NCBI GenBank assembly: GCA_950097015.1
Contig: CATNEN010000031.1
Span: 3,100,001-3,164,000 of the forward strand
Length of the DNA: 64,000 nucleotides
DNA from: Macrostomum hystrix
Lineage: Eukaryota; Animalia; Platyhelminthes
Direction of reading: 5' to 3'
The position numbers and the translations under genes were made by a program. Below the pieces are notes generated by a model, which saw only the letters and a list, made by a program, of their open reading frames with translations, was not told the origin of the DNA and did no database searches. This document shows, piece after piece, positions 24,701 through 39,600 of the stretch (position 1 is its first letter; each line of letters begins with the position of its first letter).

Positions 24701-27700
24701 TAATAACTGATGCACTGAAACATCAGGGGGTAATGGCTGATGCACTGAAACATCAGGGGGAAATAACGGATGCACTGAAACATCATTGGGTAATGGCTGA
24801 TGCACTGAAACATCAGGGGGTAATAACTGATGCACTGAAACATCAGGGGGTAATGGCTGATGCACTTGAAACATCAGGGGGTAATGGCGGATGCACTGAA
24901 ACATCAGGGGGTAATGGCTGATGCACTGAAACATCAGGGGGTAATGGCTGATGCACTTGAAACAACAGGGGGTAATAACTGATGCACTGAAACATCAGGG
25001 GGTAATGGCGGATGCACTGAAACATCAGGGGGTAATAACTGATGCACTGAAACATCAGGGGGTAATAACTGATGCACTGAAACATCAGGGGGTAATGGCT
25101 GATGCACTTGAAACAACAGGGGGTAATAACTGATGCACTGAAACATCAGGGGGTAATAACTGATGCACTGAAACATCAGGGGGTAATAACTGATGCACTG
25201 AAACATCAGGGGGTAATGGCTGATGCACTTGAAACATCAGGGGGTAATGGCTGATGCACTTGAAACAACAGGGGGTAATAACTGATGCACTGAAACATCA
25301 GGGGGTAATAACTGATGCACTGAAACATCAGGGGGTAATAACTGATGCACTGAAACATCAGGGGGTAATGGCTGATGCACTGAAACATCAGGGGGAAATA
25401 ACGGATGCACTGAAACATCATTGGGTAATGGCTGATGCACTGAAACATCAGGGGGTAATGGCGGATGCACTGAAACATCAGGGGGTAATAACTGATGCAC
25501 TGAAACATCAGGGGGTAATGGCTGATGCACTGAAACATCAGGGGGTAATAACTGATGCACTGAAACATCAGGGGGTAATAACTGATGCACTGAAACATCA
25601 GGGGGTAACAACTGATGCACTGAAACATCAGGGGGTAATAACTGATGCACTGAAACATCAGGGGGTAATAACTGATGCACTGAAACATCAGGGGGTAATG
25701 GCTGATGCACTGAAACATCAGGGGGAAATAACGGATGCACTGAAACATCATTGGGTAATGGCTGATGCACTGAAACATCAGGGGGTAATGGCGGATGCAC
25801 TGAAACATCAGGGGGTAATGGCTGATGCACTTGAAACATCAGGGGGTAATGGCGGATGCACTGAAACATCAGGGGGTAATGGCGGATGCACTGAAACATC
25901 AGGGGGTAATGGCTGATGCACTTGAAACAACAGGGGGTAATAACTGATGCACTGAAACATCAGGGGGTAATAACTGATGCACTGAAACATCAGGGGGTAA
26001 TGGCGGATGCACTGAAACATCAGGGGGTAATGGCTGATGCACTTGAAACAACAGGGGGTAATAACTGATGCACTGAAACATCAGGGGGTAATGGCGGATG
26101 CACTGAAACATCAGGGGGTAATGGCTGATGCACTTGAAACATCAGGGGGTAATGGCTGATGCACTTGAAACAACAGGGGGTAATAACTGATGCACTGAAA
26201 CATCAGGGGGTAATAACTGATGCACTGAAACATCAGAGGGTAATGGCGGATGCACTGAAACATCAGGGGGTAATGGCTGATGCACTTGAAACATCAGGGG
26301 GTAATGGCTGATGCACTTGAAACAACAGGGGGTAATAACTGATGCACTGAAACATCAGGGGGTAATAACTGATGCACTGAAACATCAGGGGGTAATAACT
26401 GATGCACTGAAACATCAGGGGGTAATGGCTGATGCACTGAAACATCAGGGGGAAATAACGGATGCACTGAAACATCATTGGGTAATGGCTGATGCACTGA
26501 AACATCAGGGGGTAATGGCGGATGCACTGAAACATCAGGGGGTAATGGCTGATGCACTTGAAACATCAGGGGGTAATGGCGGATGCACTGAAACATCAGG
26601 GGGTAATGGCTGATGCACTTGAAACATCAGGGGGTAATGGCGGATGCACTGAAACATCAGGGGGTAATGGCGGATGCACTGAAACATCAGGGGGTAATGG
26701 CTGATGCACTTGAAACAACAGGGGGTAATGGCTGATGCACTTGAAACAACAGGGGGTAATAACTGATGCACTGAAACATCAGGGGGAAATAACGGATGCA
26801 CTGAAACATCATTGGGTAATGGCTGATGCACTGAAACATCAGGGGGTAATGGCGGATGCACTGAAACATCAGGGGGTAATGGCTGATGCACTGAAACATC
26901 AGGGGGTAATGGCGGATGCACTGAAACATCAGGGGGTAATGGCGGATGCACTGAAACATCAGGGGGTAATAACTGATGCACTGAAACATCAGGGGGTAAT
27001 AACTGATGCACTGAAACATCAGGGGGTAATAACTGATGCACTGAAACATCAGGGGGTAATAACTGATGCACTGAAACATCAGGGGGTAATGGCGGATGCA
27101 CTGAAACATCAGGGGGTAATGGCTGATGCACTTGAAACATCAGGGGGTAATGGCTGATGCACTTGAAACAACAGGGGGTAATAACTGATGCACTGAAACA
27201 TCAGGGGGTAATAACTGATGCACTGAAACATCAGGGGGTAATGGCGGATGCACTGAAACATCAGGGGGTAATGGCTGATGCACTTGAAACATCAGGGGGT
27301 AATGGCTGATGCACTTGAAACAACAGGGGGTAATAACTGATGCACTGAAACATCAGGGGGTAATAACTGATGCACTGAAACATCAGGGGGTAATAACTGA
27401 TGTACTGAAACATCAGGGGGTAATGGCTGATGCACTGAAACATCAGGGGGAAATAACGGATGCACTGAAACATCATTGGGTAATGGCTGATGCACTGAAA
27501 CATCAGGGGGTAATGGCTGATGCACTTGAAACAACAGGGGGTAATAACTGATGCACTGAAACATCAGGGGGTAATGGCGGATGCACTGAAACATCAGGGG
27601 GTAATGGCTGATGCACTTGAAACAACAGGGGGTAATAACTGATGCACTGAAACATCAGGGGGTAATAACTGATGCACTGAAACATCAGGGGGAAATAACT

Positions 27701-30700
27701 GATGCACTGAAACATCAGGGGGTAATGGCGGATGCACTGAAACATCAGGGGGAAATAACTGATGCACTGAAACATCAGGGGGTAACGGCGGATGCACTGA
27801 AACATCAGGGGGTAATGTCTGATGCACTGAAACATCAGGGGGTAACGGCGGATGCACTGAAACATCAGGGGGAAATAACTGATGCACTGAAACATCAGGG
27901 GGTAACGGCGGATGCACTGAAACATCAGGGGGTAATGTCTGATGCACTGAAACATCAGGGGGTAACGGCGGATGCACTGAAACATCAGGGGGTAATGGCT
28001 GATGCACTGAAACATCAGGGGGTAATGGCGGATGCACTGAAACATCAGGGGGTAATGGCGGATGCACTGAAACATCAGGGGGAAATGTCTGATGCACTGA
28101 AACATCAGGGGGTAACGGCGGATGCACTGAAACATCAGGGGGTAATGGCTGATGCACTGAAACATCAGGGGGTAATGGCTGATGCACTGAAACATCAGGG
28201 GTAATAACTGATGCACTGAAACATCAGGGGGAAATGTCTGATGCACTGAAACATCAGGGGGTAATGGCGGATGCACTGAAACATCAGGGGGAAATAACTG
28301 ATGCACTGAAACATCAGGGGGTAATGGCTGATGCACTGAAACATCAGGGGGTAATGGCGGATGCACTGAAACATCAGGGGGAAATAACTGATGCACTGAA
28401 ACATCAGAGGGTAATGCCGGATGCACTGAAACATCAGGGGGTAATGGCTGATGCACTGAAACATCAGGGGGTAATGGCTGATGCACTGAAACATCAGGGG
28501 GAAATAACTGATGCACTGAAACATCAGAGGGTAATGGCGGATGAACTGAAACATCAGGGGGTAATGGCGGATGCACTGAAACATCAGGGGGTAATGGCTG
28601 ATGCACTGAAACATCATTGGGTAATGGCTGATGCACTGAAACATCAGGGGGTAATGGCGGATGCACTGAAACATCAGGGGGTAATGGCTGATGCACTTGA
28701 AACATCAGGGGGTAATGGCGGATGCACTGAAACATCAGGGGGTAATGGCGGATGCACTGAAACATCAGGGGGTAATGGCTGATGCACTTGAAACAACAGG
28801 GGGTAATAACTGATGCACTGAAACATCAGGGGGTAATAACTAATGCACTGAAACATCAGGGGGTAATGGCGGATGCACTGAAACATCAGGGGGTAATGGC
28901 TGATGCACTTGAAACAACAGGGGGTAATAACTGATGCACTGAAACATCAGGGGGTAATGGCGGATGCACTGAAACATCAGGGGGTAATGGCTGATGCACT
29001 TGAAACATCAGGGGGTAATGGCTGATGCACTTGAAACAACAGGGGGTAATAACTGATGCACTGAAACATCAGGGGGTAATGGCGGATGCACTGAAACATC
29101 AGGGGGTAATGGCGGATGCACTGAAACATCAGGGGGTAATGGCTGATGCACTTGAAACAACAGGGGGTAATAACTGATGCACTGAAACATCAGGGGGTAA
29201 TGGCGGATGCACTGAAACATCAGGGGGTAATGGCTGATGCACTTGAAACATCAGGGGGTAATGGCTGATGCACTTGAAACAACAGGGGGTAATAACTGAT
29301 GCACTGAAACATCAGGGGGTAATAACTGATGCACTGAAACATCAGGGGGTAATGGCGGATGCACTGAAACATCAGGGGGTAATGGCTGATGCACTTGAAA
29401 CAACAGGGGGTAATAACTGATGCACTGAAACATCAGGGGGTAATGGCGGATGCACTGAAACATCAGGGGGTAATAACTAATGCACTGAAACATCAGGGGG
29501 TAATGGCGGATGCACTGAAACATCAGGGGGTAATGGCTGATGCACTTGAAACAACAGGGGGTAATAACTGATGCACTGAAACATCAGGGGGTAATGGCGG
29601 ATGCACTGAAACATCAGGGGGTAATGGCTGATGCACTTGAAACATCAGGGGGTAATGGCTGATGCACTTGAAACAACAGGGGGTAATAACTGATGCACTG
29701 AAACATCAGGGGGTAATAACTGATGCACTGAAACATCAGAGGGTAATGGCGGATGCACTGAAACATCAGGGGGTAATGGCTGATGCACTTGAAACATCAG
29801 GGGGTAATGGCTGATGCACTTGAAACAACAGGGGGTAATAACTGATGCACTGAAACATCAGGGGGTAATAACTGATGCACTGAAACATCAGGGGGTAATA
29901 ACTGATGCACTGAAACATCAGGGGGTAATGGCTGATGCACTGAAACATCAGGGGGAAATAACGGATGCACTGAAACATCATTGGGTAATGGCTGATGCAC
30001 TGAAACATCAGGGGGTAATGGCGGATGCACTGAAACATCAGGGGGTAATGGCTGATGCACTTGAAACATCAGGGGGTAATGGCGGATGCACTGAAACATC
30101 AGGGGGTAATGGCTGATGCACTTGAAACATCAGGGGGTAATGGCGGATGCACTGAAACATCAGGGGGTAATGGCGGATGCACTGAAACATCAGGGGGTAA
30201 TGGCTGATGCACTTGAAACAACAGGGGGTAATAACTGATGCACTGAAACATCAGGGGGTAATGGCTGATGCACTGAAACATCAGGGGGAAATAACGGATG
30301 CACTGAAACATCATTGGGTAATGGCTGATGCACTGAAACATCAGGGGGTAATGGCGGATGCACTGAAACATCAGGGGGTAATAACTGATGCACTGAAACA
30401 TCAGGGGGTAATGGCTGATGCACTGAAACATCAGGGGGTAATAACTGATGCACTGAAACATCAGGGGGTAATAACTGATGCACTGAAACATCAGGGGGTA
30501 ATGGCGGATGCACTGAAACATCAGGGGGTAATGGCGGATGCACTGAAACATCAGGGGGTAATGGCTGATGCACTTGAAACAACAGGGGGTAATAACTGAT
30601 GCACTGAAACATCAGGGGGTAATGGCGGATGCACTGAAACATCAGGGGGTAATGGCTGATGCACTTGAAACATCAGGGGGTAATGGCTGATGCACTTGAA

Positions 30701-32115
30701 ACAACAGGGGGTAATAACTGATGCACTGAAACATCAGGGGGTAATAACTGATGCACTGAAACATCAGGGGGTAATGGCTGATGCACTTGAAACATCAGGG
30801 GGTAATGGATGATGCACTTGAAACAACAGGGGGTAATAACTGATGCACTGAAACATCAGGGGGTAATGGCGGATGCACTGAAACATCAGGGGGTAATGGC
30901 TGATGCACTTGAAACATCAGGGGGTAATGGCGGATGCACTGAAACATCAGGGGGTAATGGCGGATGCACTGAAACATCAGGGGGTAATGGCTGATGCACT
31001 TGAAACAACAGGGGGTAATAACTGATGCACTGAAACATCAGGGGGTAATGGCGGATGCACTGAAACATCAGGGGGAAATAACGGATGCACTGAAACATCA
31101 TTGGGTAATGGCTGATGCACTGAAACATCAGGGGGTAATGGCGGATGCACTGAAACATCAGGGGGTAATAACTGATGCACTGAAACATCAGGGGGTAATG
31201 GCTGATGCACTGAAACATCAGGGGGTAATAACTGATGCACTGAAACATCAGGGGGTAATAACTGATGCACTGAAACATCAGGGGGTAATAACTGATGCAC
31301 TGAAACATCAGGGGGTAATAACTGATGCACTGAAACATCAGGGGGTAATGGCGGATGCACTGAAACATCAGGGGGAAATAACTGATGCACTGAAACATCA
31401 GGGGGTAACGGCGGATGCACTGAAACATCAGGGGGTAATGTCTGATGCACTGAAACATCAGGGGGTAACGGCGGATGCACTGAAACATCAGGGGGTAATG
31501 GCTGATGCACTGAAACATCAGGGGGTAATGGCGGATGCACTGAAACATCAGGGGGTAATGGCGGATGCACTGAAACATCAGGGGGAAATGTCTGATGCAC
31601 TGAAACATCAGGGGGTAACGGCGGATGCACTGAAACATCAGGGGGTAATGGCTGATGCACTGAAACATCAGGGGGTAATGGCTGATGCACTGAAACATCA
31701 GGGGTAATAACTGATGCACTGAAACATCAGGGGGAAATGTCTGATGCACTGAAACATCAGGGGGTAATGGCGGATGCACTGAAACATCAGGGGGAAATAA
31801 CTGATGCACTGAAACATCAGGGGGTAATGGCTGATGCACTGAAACATCAGGGGGTAATGGCGGATGCACTGAAACATCAGGGGGAAATAACTGATGCACT
31901 GAAACATCAGAGGGTAATGGCGGATGCACTGAAACATCAGGGGGTAATGGCTGATGCACTGAAACATCAGGGGGTAATGGCTGATGCACTGAAACATCAG
32001 GGGGAAATAACTGATGCACTGAAACATCAGAGGGTAATGGCGGATGAACTGAAACATCAGGGGGTAATGGCGGATGCACTGAAACATCAGGCGGTAATAA
32101 CTGATGCACTGAAGC
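21795..32115. repeat. About 10.3 kb 30-bp minisatellite (CTGATGCACTGAAACATCAGGGGGTAATGG)n, about 340 copies, with higher-order variant structure
   Basis: Tandem units. The internal inverted repeat is CTGATG/CATCAG. 29- and 31-bp variants shift the spurious ORF frames. Confidence 0.97.
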
Positions 32116-33645
32116 ATTTAATCTGTGTTCAGTTAAGAGACTAAGAAAAGTCTTGAAAAACCACATCTTCTGAGAAACGAGACAACTTATTTATTTTTTA
32201 AAAGGCCGCACAAGGTGTTTGCAGTTTTTCGAATGCAATCTATAGTTATATTATTACTTATAATTTTTTAAATAAATATTTAGCCTTTGTAAGTAATACA
32301 AATTACACAAGTCTAAGATAATGACGCATTTGGGTAAAGTGTGTTGCGAACTGTGCGCGCCACTAATGTAATAGAAGATTTATACTTTGGTACTAAAAAA
32401 TTGATCACTTTAAATATTCCTAATAGAAAAAAACGCAAACGAAAAAGAAGACACGGACAGCAGAAGTTAATAGATATTTAACAGAAGCACGCATAGATAA
32501 AAGGTAGAGTAAATAATACGACACGCCAATCAGTAGGACTGTCTCATCAATAGGCATAACTTCTACTCTGGATAAAAAAGACGATTAAACAATATTTCTT
32601 TTAAAAAAACACACTGCAGTATTAATACAATTTGTAATAATTTTTTCTGTATCACTCACAAAAGGTAGCTACCTGGATGAGAAGAAATGAAAGAAACAAA
32701 ACACACTACAATAAAAGAATTTCTTTACAATGGGACAACAAATATAGTGAAACTCTCGTTTTTTTTTCTAAAAACGTGCGCTAGCAGGATATACGCTACA
32801 TACTACTAATAAGTAGATAAAATAGGACGATAAATAAAAGTTATGAAAATTGATTTTTCAGTTCCTAGTTGACCACGGGGCAAGGTGAATAGCTATGCGA
32901 CAATCAGCATTACCTTAGTAATAATAAGAGGATGATGACAATAATAATTTCATATCGGAGCCCGTTTAACAGGCTATCCCGCCGACTTAAACGCCTTCAG
33001 AAAACAGTTAACGAACAAAAAAAGAGAAACACAAGCAGATAACTCTAAGCTACTAAAGGGTCGGGTCGGCTCAACCTTATTTCCGCTGCTGAACAGACAA
33101 AATAAAACAAATTAAAAAAATAACAAAGCAGACAGTTTTAGCACGGGTAAAAACATTTCGAGAAAAATGATTTCACTTTGTTCTGAGTATTATTAATTTT
33201 AGGCCAGTCTCAACTGTCAGGCAAGCAATGAACTAAAAGTACATTCTATGCTACTTAAACAGCTAGCGAATACAAGTAGTATTTTACGATCGCATTATTT
33301 TTCTGCTTAGTTTTAGATAGCTAAACTTAGCTAGGCCCGGGTTGTCTCCTAGTAGAAAAAATACTAAATACAGCGTGCTCTGACACACCGGCACGTATGC
33401 GCCTAAATTAATTATGATTGGTCTGTGCGAAATCAACTCTTTGGGAAAGAAGTATCAAACAAACTGATAACTTAAATATTATTTTGCACTCGGCTCACAC
33501 CAAATCAAAAAAGTCTACTTTGTACTTGTACTCAAGGAAATCAACTCTGAACAATGCCACAAAAACAGCGGCATTGAAACGCAAAAACGAAAGGCAGCCG
33601 CGACCTTCACCGTCCCCTCACAGTCCGCCGGAGGAGGCGACAAAA

Positions 33646-36600
33646 TTAAAAGAAGTAATAGGAAGTCTTCAAGGGCTGCAAGGAAATTGTGGGGGCGGGC
33701 TGCTGGTCATTGAACCTCAATGCCTGAGGCAAGATCTACCAAATCCTCCTGAACTGAGATCTACCAAATCCTCCTGAACTGAGATCTACCAAATCCTCCT
33801 GAACTGAGTTCTACCCAATCCTCCTGAACTGAGATCTACCCAATCCTCCTGAACTGAGATCTACCAAATCCTCCTGAACTGAGATCTACCAAATCCTCCT
33901 GAACTGAGATCTACCAAATCCTCCTGAACTGAGATCTACCAAATCCTCCTGAACTGAGATCTACCAAATCCTCCTGAACTGAGATCTACCAAATCCTCCT
34001 GAACTGAGATCTACCCAATCCTCCTGAACTGAGTTCTACCCAATCCTCCTGAACTGAGATCTACCAAATCCTCCTGAACTGAGATCTACCAAATCCTCCT
34101 GAACTGAGATCTACCAAATCCTCCTGAACTGAGATCTACCAAATCCTCCTGAACTGAGATCTACCAAATCCTCCTGAACTGAGATCTACCAAATCCTCCT
34201 GAACTGAGATCTACCAAATCCTCCTGAACTGAGATCTACCAAATCCTCCTGAACTGAGATCTACCCAATCCTCCTGAACTGAGATCTACCCAATCCTCCT
34301 GAACTGAGATCTAACCAATCCTCCTGAACTGAGTTCTACCCAATCCTCCTGAACTGAGATCTACCAAATCCTCCTGAACTGAGATCTACCAAATCCTCCT
34401 GAACTGAGTTCTACCCAATCCTCCTGAACTGAGATCTACCCAATCCTCCTGAACTGAGATCTACCAAATCCTCCTGAACTGAGATCTACCAAATCCTCCT
34501 GAACTGAGATCTACCAAATCCTCCTGAACTGAGATCTACCAAATCCTCCTGAACTGAGATCTACCAAATCCTCCTGAACTGAGATCTACCAAATCCTACT
34601 GAACTGAGATCTACCCAATCCTCCTGAACTGAGATCTACCCAATCCTCCTGAACTGAGATCTAACCAATCCTCCTGAACTGAGTTCTACCCAATCCTCCT
34701 GAACTGAGATCTAACCAATCCTCCTGAACTGAGATCTACCAAATCCTCCTGAACTGAGATCTAACCAATCCTCCTGAACTGAGTTCTACCCAATCCTCCT
34801 GAACTGAGATCTAACCAATCCTCATGAACTGAGTTCTACCAAATCCTCCTGAACTGAGATCTACCCAATCCTCCTGAACTGAGATCTACCCAATCCTCCT
34901 GAACTGAGATCTACCCAATCCTCCTGAACTGAGATCTAACCAATCCTCCTGAACTGAGTTCTACCCAATCCTCCTGAACTGAGATCTACCCAATCCTCCT
35001 GAACTGAGATCTAACCAATCCTCCTGAACTGAGTTCTAACCAATCCTCCTGAACTGAGATCTACCCAATCCTCCTGAACTGAGATTCTACCCAATCCTCC
35101 TGAACTGAGATCTACCAAATCCTCCTGAACTGAGTTCTACCCAATCCTCCTGAACTGAGATCTACCAAATCCTCCTGAACTGAGTTCTACCCAATCCTCC
35201 TGAACTGAGATCTACCAAATCCTCCTGAACTGAGATCTAACCAATCCTCCTGAACTGAGTTCTACCCAATCCTCCTGAACTGAGATCTAACCAATCCTCA
35301 TGAACTGAGTTCTACCAAATCCTCCTGAACTGAGATCTACCCAATCCTCCTGAACTGAGATCTACCCAATCCTCCTGAACTGAGATCTACCCAATCCTCC
35401 TGAACTGAGATCTACCAATCCTCCTGAACTGAGTTCTACCCAATCCTCCTGAACTGAGATCTACCCAAATCCTCCTGAACTGAGATCTACCCAATCCTCC
35501 TGAACTGAGATCTACCAAATCCTCCTGAACTGAGATCTACCAAATCCTCCTGAACTGAGATCTACCAAATCCTCCTGAACTGAGATCTACCAAATCCTCC
35601 TGAACTGAGATCTACCCAATCCTCCTGAACTGAGATCTACCCAATCCTCCTGAACTGAGATCTAACCAATCCTCCTGAACTGAGTTCTACCCAATCCTCC
35701 TGAACTGAGATCTACCAAATCCTCCTGAACTGAGATCTACCAAATCCTCCTGAACTGAGTTCTACCCAATCCTCCTGAACTGAGATCTACCCAATCCTCC
35801 TGAACTGAGATCTACCAAATCCTCCTGAACTGAGATCTACCAAATCCTCCTGAACTGAGATCTACCAAATCCTCCTGAACTGAGATCTACCAAATCCTCC
35901 TGAACTGAGATCTACCAAATCCTCCTGAACTGAGATCTACCAAATCCTACTGAACTGAGATCTACCCAATCCTCCTGAACTGAGATCTACCCAATCCTCC
36001 TGAACTGAGATCTAACCAATCCTCCTGAACTGAGTTCTACCCAATCCTCCTGAACTGAGATCTAACCAATCCTCCTGAACTGAGATCTACCAAATCCTCC
36101 TGAACTGAGATCTAACCAATCCTCCTGAACTGAGTTCTACCCAATCCTCCTGAACTGAGATCTAACCAATCCTCATGAACTGAGTTCTACCAAATCCTCC
36201 TGAACTGAGATCTACCCAATCCTCCTGAACTGAGATCTACCCAATCCTCCTGAACTGAGATCTACCCAATCCTCCTGAACTGAGATCTAACCAATCCTCC
36301 TGAACTGAGTTCTACCCAATCCTCCTGAACTGAGATCTACCCAATCCTCCTGAACTGAGATCTAACCAATCCTCCTGAACTGAGTTCTAACCAATCCTCC
36401 TGAACTGAGATCTACCCAATCCTCCTGAACTGAGTTCTACCCAATCCTCCTGAACTGAGATCTACCAAATCCTCCTGAACTGAGTTCTACCCAATCCTCC
36501 TGAACTGAGATCTACCAAATCCTCCTGAACTGAGTTCTACCCAATCCTCCTGAACTGAGATCTACCAAATCCTCCTGAACTGAGATCTAACCAATCCTCC

Positions 36601-39600
36601 TGAACTGAGTTCTACCCAATCCTCCTGAACTGAGATCTAACCAATCCTCATGAACTGAGTTCTACCAAATCCTCCTGAACTGAGATCTACCCAATCCTCC
36701 TGAACTGAGATCTACCCAATCCTCCTGAACTGAGATCTACCCAATCCTCCTGAACTGAGATCTAACCAATCCTCCTGAACTGAGTTCTACCCAATCCTCC
36801 TGAACTGAGATCTACCCAATCCTCCTGAACTGAGATCTAACCAATCCTCCTGAACTGAGTTCTAACCAATCCTCCTGAACTGAGATCTACCCAATCCTCC
36901 TGAACTGAGTTCTACCCAATCCTCCTGAACTGAGATCTACCAAATCCTCCTGAACTGAGTTCTACCCAATCCTCCTGAACTGAGATCTACCAAATCCTCC
37001 TGAACTGAGATTTAACCAATCCTCCTGAACTGAGATCTACCAAATCCTCCTGAACTGAGATCTAACCAATCCTCCTGAACTGAGTTCTACCCAATCCTCC
37101 TGAACTGAGTTCTACCCAATCCTCCTGAACTGTGTTCTACCCAATCCTCCTGAACTGAGATCTACCCAATCCTCCTGAACTGAGTTCTACCCAATCCTCC
37201 TGAAATGAGATCTACCCAATCCGTACCTTGGCATCGGCAGAAAGTTTGCTTAGATCGGCCATGGACTGGTACTTGGAAGTTCTGTACACGGAGAGGTTGA
37301 AACGATTCATAGAGCTCAAGGTGGCGGACTCTCGAAGTCTGTAAAATGTAAATGATTGAATTTCTTTATTGCAGAAGTACTAACAGCAGTGACGAGAATA
37401 TTAGCCGAACTGATGACGAACAATAAAAAATAGTTCATAAAACAGATGCTAACTAACTACTGACAGTAATTGCGCGAAGTGAAAATAAAATGAACTAAAA
37501 AAACTAACGGAAATTGAAATGCTTGGTGACACAACATTAGAATAGTTTGTTTAACGCACATAATCCATATCTTATAATTCCTGATTTTCCATATCAATGG
37601 TTTAAGAAGGAGGCTGATCAACCAACAGACAGTAGAGAACAGTAGTTAATGCTGTTCATAGCATGGCAGACCAAACCAATCAGAGAAGTTAATTATCGAA
37701 ACTATGCTCAGTTATTTTATGTCCCCAACACCGCGCAAAGGCATTGCTTTCTGGTGAAACAAACGGGCCATTTTCTTAAAATAAAATGTTCATCTTTAAT
37801 TAGCAAGACGACACTGTAATACTCGCAATTGCTGGGGTTAGTAAGAAATCTAAAACACAAGACAGAAAACTAACAAAAGCAAACAGTAATGGACAGAACA
37901 ACAGTCATAGGACTAGCGGGAGGTCTCAGTAAGTACCACTTCGAACAAAAAAACGAAGTACTTTGTTCATACTACTCGTAATTTTGAAAGTATTTTTGTT
38001 TTCGGTTCTTTGAAAATATTCGTCGGTTTGAATTTTGCTGTAGATTTTTGTCTGTGCGATGAAATAAACCCCATTAATTAAACTGCGATTAAAGTCCTAA
38101 CTCGTTAAAAAACTGTTTGCTTGAATCGAATAATAATTGATTACAACTGCCCCAATTGGGTCAGACGTGCAGCCGACAGCATAGCCGCAGCTAATGCGCG
38201 GCGCATCTGAAGGCTGCGTACAGCTGTACAGTCCATGGACTGGGGGAACGCCACACCCACCTTCAATTATCCCAGCTGATACTAGTACTCATTCAACAGC
38301 TGGGTGAACTGAAGCAATGCAGAGTTAAGTGTCTTGCTAAAGGACACAAATTGTTCTAGTGAGTCGGGAATCGAACCCCCGACCTTCAAGTCGTGAGTCC
38401 GACGCCATAACCACTAGGCTACAACCTCTCAATTAGATTGAATCTAATTGATTCAATAATCTTAGTTCAAGAATTGCCTGATGAAATGCCTTTCAGATTT
38501 GTTTTAGATTAGTATACTTACACTGGCTCGAAAGAGACTGAATAAAAGTGTAGCAAGTCGATTTTGGTCGATAGAAGGATTATAAAGCCAATCAAAATGA
38601 ATGTCATGGCTTCTTGTGCGTCTTGGCCACCAGATGCTTGCGCGCTGTTGCCATTCTACAAGCACAAATAATTGGCCGCATTACTTCAGACCTGTCTTCT
38701 TCTAGTAGTACAGTGAGCCTTCACGGCAGCAGAGTTCGCATTTTGAAGCGAACAAAACAGTGCTATTTCAAATACCCACTGCCTACTTCACGACAGCTCC
38801 CAAACCGAATAACTGATTTGTCGTGAAAGTCCACCATGTGAAAGTATAAGCTAGTCAGACACAGTGCGCAGAGGGCATCACCGTAGAACTTATACAGAAA
38901 AACACGGTGAGAATGAAGACAGGCAGACTCTAATATGACCAGCGCAGTGCTTGACTAGTCTATTCAGTCTCGACACAGCCTCACATCTATTAAAGGGCAC
39001 AAAGAGACTTCAAGCATTTCTAACTCGACCCAATAGTTCCCGTCCCTTGTGTCTGGCTGTCTCTCTTAGTTTAAGCCGATCTCCCTACTCGCCCCAGAGC
39101 GCACAGGGCTAAAAAAACTGCCAATGCAACCAAACCTACGCAATTTCCATTTTTCTCTACTGAAACGCGAGCAAACTGGGGCGAGACTGAGCGGAGTAAA
39201 ATAAACCTGTGCAACATTATCAGCTTGGTTTGGACAGCGTGTGCAAATGCGTGTTAGATGTTAGCCAACAGTCTAATGCGGTTCTAGAACGCATAATTGT
39301 CTAAGCGTTTGCCAGCTCTAGTGTCTGTTATTTTCTTTCAGTAAAAAAAGAATGATCCAGGCATTCTTTGCACTTTGTCATAATCTCCCATTCTCAAGTG
39401 AAAGTCTATATTGGCGGTCGCTTAAAGTGGCTCAAAAGATTGCTCTTCGAAAAATGCTTAGTTAATTCTGTTTAGAAAGCAATGCCTTATACAATACTGT
39501 GCTGGGATTTACTACGAAGAAAACAATAAAGCAATAACTAAGTACATTCTGGTGCTATAAACTCACCGTCTATCGTGCCGCAACGCCGCCGCTGAGGAAT

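Noticed and set aside
21795-32115. Hammerhead ribozyme array (CTGATG...GAAAC...GTA)
   Set aside because: The core is CUGAUGC rather than CUGANGA, there is no stem II, and the segments that would form stem I (AUGG/AUGG) are not complementary.
21795-32115. CRISPR-like array or iron-responsive elements (CAGUGC on the minus strand)
   Set aside because: There are no unique spacers and no cas genes, and the context is eukaryotic. The bases flanking CAGUGC do not form the 5-bp IRE upper stem.
21639-32166. Dozens of 10-aa-repeat ORFs (ALKHQGVMAD, MFQCISYYPL, SVHQLLPPDV)
   Set aside because: Translation of the 30-bp satellite on both strands. Frames are broken by 29- and 31-bp units.
38360-38422. 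tRNA gene (Val-CAC-like) here and at 41321
   Set aside because: No acceptor-stem pairing, imperfect anticodon stem, and it runs directly into a shared SINE body, so it is a SINE head.
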